Part shown: positions 15,751 to 31,875 of the stretch, piece after piece | How the letters are laid out: each line of letters starts with the position of its first letter | Numbering within the stretch: position 1 is the first letter of the stretch | Source: the human T2T-CHM13v2.0 reference genome, Homo sapiens | Length of the DNA stretch: 64,000 nt | Reading direction: 5' to 3' (one strand) | Assembly: GCF_009914755.1 (NCBI RefSeq) | Contig: NC_060929.1 | Position numbers and translations under genes: made by a program | Notes under the pieces: model-generated | Told to the model about the DNA's origin: nothing | Seen by the model: only the letters and a program-made list of their open reading frames with translations | Database searches by the model: none

Positions 15751-17176
15751 CTTGGAATATCTTAACATGCTCCCCAAAGTACAAAAGGTTCAGATTCTCC
15801 TAAAGCAGTACCAGCATTATCAGCTATACCGAAATGTTATCACGGATGACAGAGGTTCATAGAGGAAATGAAAACATTTATTGAATGTCATGTGCCAGGT
15901 AAATAAAAGACAATTTGCATGCTTGTCATACCTTTTTGCTGTCTGAAGTTTACAAGAACAACCTGGCTGCTGTTCGCTGAAAAAAGTGCCCAAAACTGAG
16001 TAAAATCTATTAATGGTCAATTTTAGGTCATAGTAATAGTTTATGGTGAACAGATTTTTTTTTATTTAAAATATTCTGATAAAAATATGCTGTTCCATCC
16101 ATCATGACACCATGTATTAGCTCATGTGTTCCCATTTATGGTTCAGGATATATGGCCTACTGATAAAACATTCTTCAGTTCTACATTTAAAATAAGCAGT
16201 AACATGTACAACACACTATTATGCATTTATGTGCTAACATTTAAGTCTATGTAAACAGTGACAAACTTCATAGACAATAAAAATTTCCCATAAATAAACA
16301 AAGCTATGATGTCTATAAAATTTCTTTGATTTTGTGGTCTTAAATCTACCTGTAGATGAACAATCAGCTCTTAATAATTAACAGTAAATTATGTACTGGA
16401 TATTGTTAACCTATACTGAACCATTAAGTGTACTGGAAAACAATAATTGAGATTTGATTTAAGTGACAGAATAAAGAAATAAAGAGCTAAAGCTGAGGCT
16501 GAGCCTTGAATTAATCTATGCTTTTTGGGAAGCAGTCAAAAGATTACCCACAGCCCCTACATTATATAGGCTCATTAGTGACTTCCTTCCTACGTTTAAA
16601 CTTATTGTTATTACTGCAGTATGCTTTTTGATAATTCAGTTTTTGTAATTCTTTTCTAATAAAAAAGAGATTAATGGAAAATGGAAGAGACAACAGATTC
16701 TCCAGAGTTTTACAGGAAAGAGCTTATTACTCTAAAAAGCCAAAGAAACATTTCTTGGACATACTGATACTGCTGTTTTATTTGCAATGTATTTTCATCC
16801 AGGAATCATCCAAGGCCCCTTAGAAACCTACAACAGAGCTAGCAGATATTTTTAGATGATCTGGTAAGAATCTAGCTTTGCAGGTACCTTGAAGACGTCC
16901 TATCTTTTTATATAAGGTAAAAGAAAAGAAATTCACTTAAATCCAGGACTCAAGAGTTTCAGACATCTGATAACTTATGACCCTAAAAAATGACTTTAGA
17001 GAAGGTCCCCCGACCACCTCTCCCCCAAAAAAGACGGGGACAGGACTTTAGAGAAGATTTTTAGTAACAGACATTACCTGATAAAAATTTAATAACAAGT
17101 GTCTTGTAAAACAAAATACATCTGCTACCTGTGTTTCATTAACATAATTACTATTCCTAATAGAAAACAGAACTGA

Positions 17177-17608
<432 letters not shown>

Positions 17609-18002
17609 TGAAGTAGCTCAGAAAAAAAGTCACTACATAAATACCAGAAACTATATATCATTTATAGAATACTGCATTATACAACTATATTACTCTGTAT
17701 ATTGTACTGTACTGTTTTGTTCTTTGTATTTACAGCCATTACAACCTCCTCACAACTTCTATAGGAATTTAAGAACACTTGAAAAATAAGAAAAGATGAT
17801 ATGCAAGAATAATAGTGAAAAATGTTGCCCTGAGTAAAATAAAACAGAAAAATTTTCATGTAAATTTCCAAACATAACTAACATGTATATTAATGAACCT
17901 ACTCACTAAGAATTCAGGCAAGATTTTTCATAACTACAGATGTAATCATTGGTAACCCAGCAATGACTACTTTATGGCCAAGTGGAAGAGATGGAAAGCT
18001 GA

Positions 18003-18369
<367 letters not shown>

Positions 18370-18999
18370 ATTCTGTAGTTCTTTAAAATCTTTCCTGACA
18401 TCATGAGAGACCTGCTAGTTGAAAGAGGAATCATTTCATGATTTTTCAACACCAGATGTATCTCCTCTCAAAAATTCTAAAATATTCTCCTAAGTCTACA
18501 GCAACTGTATTTAGTGTTCATTTCAGCATGCTACACTTAGACAGCTACCTAAATCAGGGCTGGTTTGTTTTTCCCTTCAGCTGCCATCTGAAGTATGATT
18601 TGCTTACCCACTGGACTCTGACCTTTGAAGCCACTATTGTTTTCCAAAGTAGTATTTAGAATTGTTTAAAACCTTAGGGATTCACCAGATATAAACCAGC
18701 GTAGATTTGTGTAAACCGACACAAGTTCAGAGGTGGGAGTGATTGTAAAGAATCAATTATGACTCAATACACTTTGTTAGTAACATATTGCACTTAAACA
18801 AATAACACAAGCATTTTCATATAGTATATGAATCTAGGGAAACCATTATTTTGCTACAAATCAAAGTGAAAAGGATTCACGATAAAATACTTAAAACTGT
18901 GTAGGTCTGTAAGATACTAATGTCTTTCTCAAAGTTTTCCAATTTTAGTTTGTATCTATTACAGAAGTCTTTATAAACAAAACATATTAAGAATATAAA

Positions 19000-19285
19000 G
19001 GCAAGCCACGCATGGTGGCTCACACCTGTAATCCCAACACTTTGGGAGGCCGAGGCGGGCTGATCACTTGAGGTCAGGAGTTCAAGACCAGCTTGGCCAA
19101 CATGGTGAAACCCCATCTCTACCAAAAATACAAAACAGCCAGATGTGGTGGTGAGCGCCTGTAATCCCAGCTACTCAGAGGCTGAGGTGAGAGAATAACC
19201 TAGGAGGTGGAGGTTGTAGTGAGCCAAAACTGTGCCACTGCACTCCAGCCTGGGTGACAGAGCAAAACTCCATCTCAAATAAAAA
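19000..19285 (+). mobile_element. AluS
   Basis: Dimeric Alu; TSD aagaatataaa. Confidence 0.92.
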
Positions 19286-20019
19286 GAATATAAAAGCAGA
19301 ATATCAGGAACATAAAGTAAAAATATATAATTTTGTATTCTTTATCTCATTTCAAATCAATTAGTCTGAACTGAATTAGATATATAGATATAGCAAGAAG
19401 AATTAAGTCAAATTTTTATTAATTTATTTGAGAGAGAAAAAGACTATATCGTGTAGCCATAGATTCTATAAAACTGAATAAATTATCTAATGTAGAAATT
19501 TGCATGTAGAGTTAAAATCCAGTTTCCAATAGAAAACAAAAATATAGATTATTTCACTTGCTAACAAAGAAATGAGAGACATAGATATGAATAATCTAAC
19601 AGAAATTTTCTAAGTTCATTTGATCATGAATTTCAATGTATTAATCCGTAAGTATATATAGAAAGACTATGATTAAAGTTCGACTGACTTTTATTGAAAC
19701 ATAAACAACCTAAGAACAAAAGAAACTAGAACCATACAAAATAAGATTAAGGATAAGCCAAAGTTTTACACAAGGTTCTACATATCATATAATCACACAC
19801 AATCTTTCAAGCTAGTGCACAAATGTGCTGCTAAAGCCTAACAAGAATAATAATAATATACTTGTCACCAAAGAGATATTTAAGAAAACACTTCCTTTTA
19901 TTCTGTACCTAAAGAGGATACATACAGTGCAATGATACAGTACAATACTACCTTAACCCTTAATTATTATTATTTCTAAAAGAGGATTTAAAAGACTATT
20001 TGCATAGAAATAGAAATCA

Positions 20020-20325
<306 letters not shown>

Positions 20326-21031
20326 TCAAGGCTCTCAACTTATTTTTTAAATCTGAATTTTTTTGGTAAGCAATTTGACATATTAAAAACCAATTTTTTC
20401 ATTCACTATGCTTATATTGTGTTCTTAATAAGAACATGTCCACTAAAATCTTGCTCTATGAAACTTAAAAAGAATTTTATTCATTTTCTGATGTAGACAC
20501 TGTGACTTTTTTTTAAGGCAGACATGCAGAATAAATTATGATGCCTACATTTTTTTTTCTTTCATAGCAATTTTCCTTGTTTCACTACTTGAGCTAATGT
20601 CATCTTGTTCCTGCTTGGTTGTGGTGCTGGAATGTGGGCAGTGGATGAAGCAACATGAAGTGACTTAGCACTATCAAGTAGGAATAAAAGTAAAGCTGTC
20701 TAGCTAATGTAAAAATGCCCTTTAGCTCAATTATAAGAGTATCAGAAAAGTGGCAGAGGGATTTTAAAGCCATAACATTTCAAAAGACGAAATAAAGTTG
20801 GCATCATAAATTCAAGATTTAAAGAAAAAATATATTAAGAATTACTAAAATTCTACCTGCATCCCTCACAAGAAATCTGTAATGTGCTTAACTTAGGATT
20901 ATTGAAACATTTAGAAAAAATATTGTACATATGATGTCAGAAAAACTGCAGTGTCAAAAGCCATATTTAAATTAAAGATATTACTAGAGGGAACCGACAT
21001 TCATCGTAATTCCATCTTAACATCTGTGTCA

Positions 21032-21238
<207 letters not shown>

Positions 21239-23973
21239 TCAAAGGAAATTAGGTATTCTATGGGCTATTTTAGTCACAATTATGAAACCACGTGTTGAGC
21301 TTTGTTTTAATAACTTGACGCATGAAAAACAATACATTCTCCCAATAAATAATCACATGGCAGAACAGAATAGCTTTACTGAAACCTGAATAAGAGCTCC
21401 AAATAATTCATTTTAGCACCAAGACACAATAAAATCATTTCAGACAACAATATGAAAATGTCACGTTGGCCTTGATTTAAGCTAATTTCTCAAGGAATCA
21501 AAACAGAATTTCATATTGCTCTAAGCTTCTTGTTTGTTTTTATTGAAAATATAACCACATCTGGTAGTAGAATTAAAAACATGAAATGCAGAAAATTAAA
21601 AAAAAAATAATTATGGTTATAATCCTTAAAGACCTAATTTATATAGTTCCACCTTGGGCAGAACAATAGATGTTGTGTTAAGGCATGTCCATAGGTTCTT
21701 GAAATATTTCACTAATAAATGGGTTGAATGACAGATGAGGCCAACGACCAAAGTTTTCCTCTCAAATATATTAGAAGTGTTTAGTCTCTCAAAAATTTCA
21801 TATTTCATCTAGAATCATCAGAATTGGAAAAGAGAATGTTCTCTTCTTTGTATAATTTCTGCGTTTCAAGCTATGCCTGCACTCAAACATAATATTTTAA
21901 TTCAGTAGAACAAATAACATAAAGGTCGCCAAAACCCAGACAAAATACCTTAGTTTAAAGAGCTTTAAACTTTGCTAAATATAATTGTTCATTTTTATTT
22001 AGTCAGTGTGCATAAAATAGGACAGATGCTTTTTTACTTTCATTTCACATGTGAGTAAGTTAGAATTTTTAAAGAATTCCTATGCCAACATTTAAAAATT
22101 TTTTCCAACATTCCTGTCCATTGTGCCAGCACTTGTGTTTTTTTTTTTTTTTTCCAAATCTTTTCCATCCACTTTGCCAAAGGAAAATAATTTCACAAGT
22201 AGAAGTTCCTCAACTGTTATTTAGGACAGTACAATTTTTCATTTATAGATAACTAAGAAAGAACTATGCATAACAATGACTTTGCTATTCACTTAAAAGT
22301 TTCTCATATTCTTAACATGTCAAAGTCAATGTGTTCTATAAAAAGGTATGTTCACACACAGCAGCAAATTAATACCTTTTAAAAACTGAACCATACTATT
22401 CCTACGGTGATATAGAGTTAAAGACCAAAGAGACAGACTACTGTCTTCTTTATATCCTTCTCCTTTCTTTCATGCCCTCCTGATTTTTTAATCAATAAGA
22501 AATATTTAAAAGGAATATTAAGTATGGTACTAATACAGATGGATTTTACCACTGGCTACTACAATCATTTCATTTGTCACTGCTCAAGGTATCTAACTAA
22601 CTAACTAACTAACAAAGAACAAACTTTTTTCACCCAGCTATCCAGTTTTCATAACAGAACACTTTTTTATTTCCTTTTTATTATACTTTTAGAAATTGAC
22701 ATGTACCTCAGCAAGAAAAATTACCTCTAGATGAATTTTTTAAATAATGCTTTTTTGGCTTTATTACGTAAAATATCTTTAATTTATAAGGATATGCAAA
22801 CTTTAGGCAAATGTAATGCTACTAGTAAATCTTAAATTATATATTAAGGTTAATGACAAAGAGGTCATATTTGAATAGTACAATGGAAAAAGAACCATTT
22901 TGATTAGGATATTGGTGAGATAACTGAATTAGTAGTTTAATTCCCCAATTTTCTTCTAAAATATCTGTTTCATTTCTACTGACAATAAAATTATAAATAT
23001 CTTTATGAAAGGAATTAAATATGTAATAAAAATAAAATAACAAGTTAAGTACTACTATAAATCTTTTTTATGGAAAATATTTATTTTAAATTGTGTACTG
23101 AAGTAGGTATCCAATAGGCAAAAAATATTTACAATGGCATAACCAAAAAAGTGCAGGATATATTCACCTAAGTGACACCAGCTTTTGGTGACACCAACTT
23201 ATTTTATTTAAATTTTAAAATAATTACTTTTAGTAATACATAAAATTAACCCAGAATCAGAGGAAGAACTGTGTAGATCCCAAAGAAGAATTTAAGAATA
23301 GATATCCTGAGGAAAAAATTCTTTTCTGATGGCAAATTGGAAACTGACTTAACCCAGAAGGAAGCAAGAATAATTGCTTCATCTAAAATTATTGTTTCAA
23401 TATATTAATATTAGTGGTTTTCTAATCATGGTTCATGTTCTTTAAAAAATACCAAACCAGAGGACAACTGCAATGGCCTTCACCCCACCAAGAATGCCAT
23501 GAACTGCAGGCACCTGTGGTCAAAACTCTTCTAAGAAAGTTTATCCCAAAAGTGTATTTTTGTTTTAGTTCTCTGGAAGCACCTATTGCTTTGTATTAAT
23601 GTAGTCTAGACAAGTCTTGTTCTCCTTTTCCAGTACATTTTTACAGAAGAATAAAACACCATATGAAATAAAATATAAAGGAAAACCATATGGATCTTTA
23701 AAAATGAACCAGCATTTAGAAACATGGAATAAACAAAGGACTTTTGAAATGGATTTGGCTATATTTGTACAAATTAGCAAGGCTTACAAGTCAAGTGTCT
23801 TCCAGTAAAGCAAATGTGGGGATGTATCTGCAAGGTGGATTTAAATTGGTTGTACATTTCTACACGTTTACTACATGTGTAGTACATTTTCCTTCTAGTA
23901 ACCATATCTGGTATATACAGTAAAACCTTGATTTAAATATTTGAGGGATGGGATAGTTTTCCTGTTTTAATTC

Positions 23974-24267
<294 letters not shown>

Positions 24268-24569
24268 TAATTCTTAACTAAGGGTTAAGCAAGAAAAATG
24301 CTTTTTGAACTATGTTAACCAAAATTTGTCTGCTACTTTCCTGCTATGTTCAAGTAACTAAAGCCTATAGATGATAATTATTAGTTACTAATTAATTCTT
24401 AAAATAATTCTGGATATTTTCATGCCTCTGAGTCATCAATTACCATTATGAAATATTACAGATATAGATACAGAGGTAGAAGACATAAATGTGAGCAATG
24501 TATATTTAACCCTGGGAGTGCTTTTCCTTACTTTTTTTCTATGAAAATTCTCAAGTGCTTTATTCCAGT

Positions 24570-24960
24570 AATATCCCTCATTTCCCCCCACCCCCAAAGG
24601 TAACTACTATCCTAACTTTTTATAATAATAATTTCCTTGTTTTGCTTAATAATTTTACTGTCTAATTATTCATCTGCCAGTTTTGAGACTTTATATAAAA
24701 GTAGTCATACTGTGGGTAGTCTTTTGTAACTTTATTCTTTTGCTCAACATTGTGAATATGAGCTACTTCTATGTTGATGTGTGTAAATCTAATTGTAGCC
24801 TGTTCATTTTTATTGTTCTTTAATATTCCATTTATAAGTATGTCACAGTTATTTATAATTCCTCTACTAATAAACATCTGGATTATTTCCAATTTCTAAG
24901 AATTGCAAATTATGCTGATATGAACACTTTTTGTATGTCTCCTGGTATAAATGTGTAAAT
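24570..24960 (-). mobile_element. Old L1M 3' fragment
   Basis: aaaggtaactactatcctaact...tttgctcaacattgtg...gctgatatgaacac. Confidence 0.65.
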
Positions 24961-24961
24961 C

Positions 24962-25043
24962 TATTAGGTCGGTGCAAAAGTAATTGTGTGTTTGCAATTA
25001 CTTTAATGGCAAAAACCACAATTACCTTTGTGCCAACCTAATA
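24962..25043. mobile_element. MADE1 (Hsmar1-derived palindromic MITE)
   Basis: TA-ttaggtcggtgcaaaagtaattg...caattacctttgtgccaacctaa-TA; about 80 bp with TIRs and TA TSD. Confidence 0.92.
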
Positions 25044-28000
25044 TTTCCTTTCATAAAATATTAGATATAAGTTGTCTTATAGCTAATTGAGATAAAACTA
25101 TACAATTCTTACATGTCCAGTGTTATTTATGCTACTATCAAAATTATAATAGCACTGTAGTGATATTATATACAAATCTTCTCATCAAATAATAATTTTA
25201 AACATAGATGGTTTGTATGTTGGTGTAATACGCAAATTTGTCCACTCAGAAAACATGAACCTCACTCATTATTAAATGTAGAATAGTGTTAGTCTCCATC
25301 TATGTTATGTAGTTACAATTTATTATTAAACATATACTTGTCAGATCAAAATTGTACATATAAAAAGTAGACCTGTGATTATTTCCCTAGCAGCATATAA
25401 TCACAACTAAAAACCCAAACCCTAGTTAATATCGACAGCAACACAGATAATTATTGAATTCCTAGACTCTATTTTTGTTTACGCTTCTAAGACTAAGCAA
25501 AAAAATACATTAGTTTTAGAATATACTTCTCCCTTGATTATGAAATTCACAGTAAATCAAAGTATATTTACATTTCTCAAAATGTTTGCAGTATGATGAG
25601 AAAGTCATATTTTATGAATTCTACTTCTAATTTAGAGAGGTCTTATTTACATAATCCAAAAATTAGCCTTGAATATAGGAATATGAGTTACAGTTCGGTC
25701 ATCAGCAAAAATTTACAGATCCCTATGTAAAATATGCACTCATGGCTTTGTTTCCAGAACACATTAGGATATACTCTTAATTGTGATTTTAGATGTATTT
25801 TCACTATAACAGTTATACCATAAAATATGAATTTTAGTCTACAATACAGTGGGTCAATCTAAAAAAGAAATCTTTCTATATAACCCTGTATATATCTTAA
25901 CAGTCTCTTAACAACAACAACAAAAAGTTAACACTTAATGCCACCTCCTATTTTTATTCCACTAAGTTGGGCTGATTCACATAAATTAAGCAAAATAGAA
26001 TTGGGTTGATATCATCTACAGTAAGTCAACTGTCTTACGTACTATAGTCTCATAAACTGCTTTGTCAGTCTTCTCAATGAAGCTAACAATGTACTGCCTT
26101 CTAAGGCAAATCTTTTTCTCTCACCCTTAATATAACTGAGCTTGAAGCTTTCAAGACACAAATACTGTATTGAGAATGGTTTACCCTTTTCCCCCTATAT
26201 GTAATTATGACTTATCAAAGTTATTATGGTTAGAGTAAGGTTCCCCAAATGTATCAGATAAACAGAAGGAGGAGAAACCTGTTTTGCCAAGCTCTTAGAT
26301 TCTACATTTTTTTAAAAAGGTCCCATCTATAAAGATTGTTTTTTATATAATAGTCTGATGTTGACCTTTGAAGGTCATTGCTAGAGAGGAAATGTAAGTG
26401 CTTTGGTCATCTTGCTCATCTTATATCAGTTCTCTTGTAGATCTACAATCACCTTTCTTCCTAGGTCAACTCCGACTGTAACATTGCTTCTCTTAATACG
26501 TTCAGCTTCCATTCTTTCTGTGAAAATGTCTACTCTGTATTTAATTTGGAACTGTAGGAAATTTTGCTATGGATCTTTGACAGTTCAAAAAAGTTAACAG
26601 ACTTTAATTTTAACAGAGCAAGAGTTGATTCACAGAGCCCCCATAATTTTTGAAACCTTTATGAAATTATTCTGTATTATTGCTAAGTGGTGGAAAATGT
26701 ATGAAAAACTGGCTTAAATTACTTCTGGCTGTCTTCCACTGCCTGGTAAATTGGTCCATAGTCATCAATGAGTGTGAGCCATAATACCAGGTTCACCTTT
26801 CTCTATAGTCTAAATAAATAAATAAATCAGTCCCGCAGGCAGATAGGAAAGACACTACCTGCAAAGCCGTCGCCGGAAAACATCAGAAGCTGGCATAACA
26901 CGTCCATTTTAACGGAAATGGGTTCTTTATTATTTAATCAGGACGGCTTCTGGGCGATTCATGAACCACTTATTGAATCACCGAGTTTAAGAAATCTGAA
27001 AAAAAATATTGGGAGTTGGTAAACACCATCTCCTGATTGATCAATAGCATCTAGTGTTTTAGAATGACACGAGAGACTTTGTATTCTATTGGCCATGGAA
27101 TAGTTTTCAGTTGAACATAGTGAATTGTGAATCTCTATAAATCATAGAAAGCTCATTGTTAAAATCCACCATCATCTTTGGCCTATACAGCTACTAAGTA
27201 GAGAAAGGTATGCGTTTTGTTGGCTGGGCTGCAGTTCCTAAACAATTCATCTTTCAAGATTCTTTTTCTTGAGAAGAGAAGCTAAAATAAAATGTTATGA
27301 GCCTTTTCTAGCCAACTATAAAACATAAATGTAACCTCAATCCCTGATCAAAATAGCACTGGATTTTAAAAAATATCACGCATAGCTGTTAAAGCAATTA
27401 AGTTCACTGCATTAATAAAAAGGAACAAAGAAATTCAAGAAAGTTACTGTTATGTCTTTGTGCTCCGGTGAACTGACCTTTTTAAAGAGCTTTGTGTTTA
27501 AAAACCCTTTATTGCTTGGTCAGATTATAATCAGATTTGTTTAGTTTTATTATTAAAGAGGAGGGAAAGCCAAGTTTTCCCCAAGTCTCTACCCATTGTG
27601 CTTCACATCTATCTTTCATTAATAGTTTTAACTTTGTGAGCATTCCCATGAGGATGCACATGAGAAATATTTTTATAAAATACAGGACAAATAAGCCCAT
27701 TAGAACACTGTCAACACTAATCATGCTTACACATACATGCTATAAAGCTTAAATAATGCTTTTTGGATCAATTATTTTAATTAATTCAATGGAACACTTT
27801 ATTGAAACTAGTAATACTTTTATGTCCCTCACCAAACCAGTGGGTGATTTTTAAACTGCATTTTACCAGCAATTTAGGGATTCCCTTTTGGAGTGTCTTA
27901 GCCTCAGTATGCTTTCAAGTAGACAAGATCTGGTAGAAGATCACAACTGGTCCTTGTATTTAGTATACAGAGATGGTACTAGCAAATGAGCTGTGCAATA

Positions 28001-29734
28001 TAGCCAATGGGACAGACACAAGATAAAAGAGAAAAGAAAATGGTACAAAAACAAAACAAAACAAAAAAACAAACAAACAAAAAAGATAAGAGCAACCATC
28101 AGAAATGCACAGGAATCTTGAGCATGTTATACAGTTTGTCTTTCTGGTGATGGACATTAAGACTCCATTATAAAAACATAAGCCAAGTCAAGGGAGAAAT
28201 TCCAGATCTGACTTGATGTCTAGGGAGAGCGGATCTTCAAAAATGTTTAAAATTTAGGTAAATGATCTCATTAAAACCATCTTAGAAAATGATATTGCTA
28301 GTGCTTTGTATTAAGAACGACCAAAAGATATCTTACAAATGCTCTGTGGTCTACCTTTATAGCACTTCAATCAGTTTTCACTGTAGGCAAGTATAATCTT
28401 ATAATTTTCTGTTACTAAGATTAAAAATTATTAGGTTATAATATGGTTATCAGAAGAACTACCTTCTGAAATAAATTTCAAATTCCTTCAACTTTATTAT
28501 TACATTAAAAGAGCTCATTTTAAACATTTATCTTTTGATTTGTTTTTTAATAAAGCATTGTGCTAGGTAATTTAAAGTCTCTTGTTTGTGACCTTTTAAA
28601 AATATCTAATCATAGTTTTCAAAATATATGCTCTGGCTATTAGTAGATATGAAGGAAATTTTAATAAATAATGTTACCCTATGTAACTTGTTTGAATTTT
28701 TAAAATTTTACAATATAATCATTTTAATATAAACTTTGAACAGAGCCAATTTTTAAGAAGAATTTCCATTGCTGGCCTGTGCTTTATGTATACCTTACTT
28801 TTTCACAGAGTATTTAATTTCTCCTCCCTAAAGAAAAAAATGGCACAAAACAGTTAAAAATAATGGTAAAGCAATAAAGCACTGAAATCTTGATATTATT
28901 TAAAATAATATTTACCATTTAAAGAATGTCTGTTATGTATTTTATATACATTATAGCATGACATATAATCACATATATAACACCTGATGACATAAACAGT
29001 ATGACTTAAATTCATTTAACAACTTAGGACACTGAAGATTAGAAAAGTTAAGGAACACGCACTTAGAAAGTGAGACCCAAGTCTATCAGTTTCCAAAGTA
29101 CAATCCTGAAGCCCTATGCAAGTGAGATGTGGAAGAACATCTGATTTTCTTAACATAGTTATACCTGAGCTAATTTGTATTCTTCACATTTAAATAACCA
29201 GACTCTTGGAATATACATTAAAGGACCAAAAAGTTCTCAAACTGTAGAAAAATGGATCGCTTAATACACTTTCAAAAACAAATCTTTTTCTCAAAGTGTT
29301 CATTTCCTTGGTGTTTGGTTTTTTTTTGTTGTTGTTGTTGTTTGTTACTATTAGATACTTTGGCTTTCCTATAGAACTCAGTTTTTTCACTGACAAAATA
29401 AAATATGTAATCACTGAACTCAAATTTGGCCTATGTGCTATTAAATCATGCAAATCTGAATGCTTTCTGAAATTGTCTCCCATTTATTAAACAATTGTAA
29501 CACTCACACCATCAGTCCCACTTACATCCTTACTCCACTTCCTCTATTCTATAAATTCTATATGAAGAAAAAAAAATTGCCACAATGATATATTAAAGTA
29601 TTTAGGAAAAAGTTGAAACATCAGTAGGCCCTATAAAACTTACTCATTATGCAAAGTTGAAAGCACTACATGTTAGGCTTCTACCAGTGGCTTACTTCTG
29701 GAGCTATTTATCATCACTCTCCAGAGATTACTTA

Positions 29735-29887
<153 letters not shown>

Positions 29888-30159
29888 TTAATGAGGAAGA
29901 AACATAGAATAAATAAATAAGAAAAAAACCCCAACACATCCCTTATTTCCTTATTTGGCCATTTATTAGCCTTATCAACATATGCCTTCCATCAGGATAG
30001 GCCAGATCCTCTAAAGAAATTTAGGATTAAAATTAAAGAGACTAAGGAATAAGGAATACTTCAGTGATACAATACATGTCTAAATCTCTTTAAATGTAAT
30101 CACATACTCTCACCTGTTATCGCACGTTTCAATTTCTCTTTGAGCCGAATATATTGTAT

Positions 30160-30300
30160 ATCAGTCCTTACTTTATAAATTAGAAAACAGATTTAGCAAA
30201 GATAAACGACCTGCTAAAGATCACACAGTTTGTCAGTGTTGGAATTGTTAGCAGAACCTGCCTTTTAACATGTTAGTGTTCATCCTACCTCACTATGCTG
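30160..30300 (-). mobile_element. MIR remnant
   Basis: aaacagatttagcaaagataaacgacctgctaaagatcacacagtttgtcagtgttgga. Confidence 0.55.
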
Positions 30301-30356
30301 AATCCAAAAGAGAACTACAAGAAGATAGCTATGATCAGTTGAGTTTTAGGATATAG

Positions 30357-30682
<326 letters not shown>

Positions 30683-31557
30683 TAAGTCCTTTTTCTCATT
30701 AATATTAATAAAAGAGAATTTAACACACATGTAATTTGTGGTCGTTTGTATGTGTGTTTCAAAACACCTTTTGAAAACCATTGATATACTTAAGGATTTT
30801 GGTTTTTATCGTAGCCTCCTTCATTTTTAAAATATTTTGTTTGTCATTTTTTTCCTGTGTTATATAGCCATGCTTAGTGCTAACAATGTGATCTAAAAAA
30901 ACATTTTAACAATAAAAATGTTTTTCTGAAAAGGATATACCCACTACATACCATATATATGTGTATGTGTTTATACAATGTATGTGTATAAACAGATTAC
31001 ATATACATTTTAACGTTTCTTCACAAGTAACCAGAAGTTTTGGTTGAATATTACTAAGAAAATAAATTTATGTGTCTGTTACGACATATATTCTAATAAG
31101 TGCACCATGATACGTGTTCAAGAAAATGTCACTAGAGTGTAAAATAGATGAGGATAGTTGCTGGAGAAAAAGTCTGGAAAGGTAGTTGGGAATAGGTAAG
31201 TACAAGATAATTAATAAAAGTAAATATTAATATGAGTCCTCTTGGCAGCATAGAAACAGGGAAGACTTGTAAGTAAGAGCAATGGAAGATTTCTGAGTCA
31301 GGGAATATGGAATTGATCTGTCTATTAGACAAGTAATTATAGTAACTCCATGGTGGAGATCCTGAAGTAGGAAGAGAATGGAACCAGGGGAGTAGTCAGA
31401 AAATCATTACCAACTGAGAACTGATATTGGTCTGAACGAGGGTGCCGGATAAACAGGTAGAATTAGATTTGAGACATGCTTAGGAAGCACAATGAACTGA
31501 CTTTCATAAGTACAATATAAAAAGAGCTATAATAAAGACATATAATATGTCCTCATA

Positions 31558-31843
31558 GGCCGGGCCGGGTGGCTCACACCTGTAATCCCAGCGCTTTGCG
31601 AGGCTGGGGCGGGAGGATCACCTGAGGTCAGGAGCTCGAGACTAGCCTAGCCAACATGGTGAAACCCTGTCTCTACTAAAGATACAGAAAAAATTAGCCG
31701 GGGGTGGTGGTGTGCTCCTGTAGTTCCAGCTACTCAGGAGGCTGAGACATGAGAATCACTTGAACTCAGGAGGCAGAAGTTGCAGTAAGCTGAGACCATA
31801 CCACTATACTATAGCTAGGGTAACAGAGCAAGGCTCTGTCTCC

Positions 31844-31859
<16 letters not shown>
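31558..31859 (+). mobile_element. AluSx-like
   Basis: ggccgggccgggtggctcac...cctgaggtcaggag followed by an A tail. Confidence 0.92.

Positions 31860-31875
<16 letters not shown>

Noticed and set aside
14708-17090. YAG|GT recursive-splice-like motifs on the gene strand (ttttatag|gtaaat near 14712; ttttatcag|gtaatg near 17077)
   Set aside because: They are expected by chance in AT-rich introns, and known human recursive sites lie mostly in far longer introns.
22593-22613. (CTAA)5 resembling QKI or branch-point motifs
   Set aside because: The ACUAAC reading is antisense to the gene, so this is simply a short tetranucleotide repeat.
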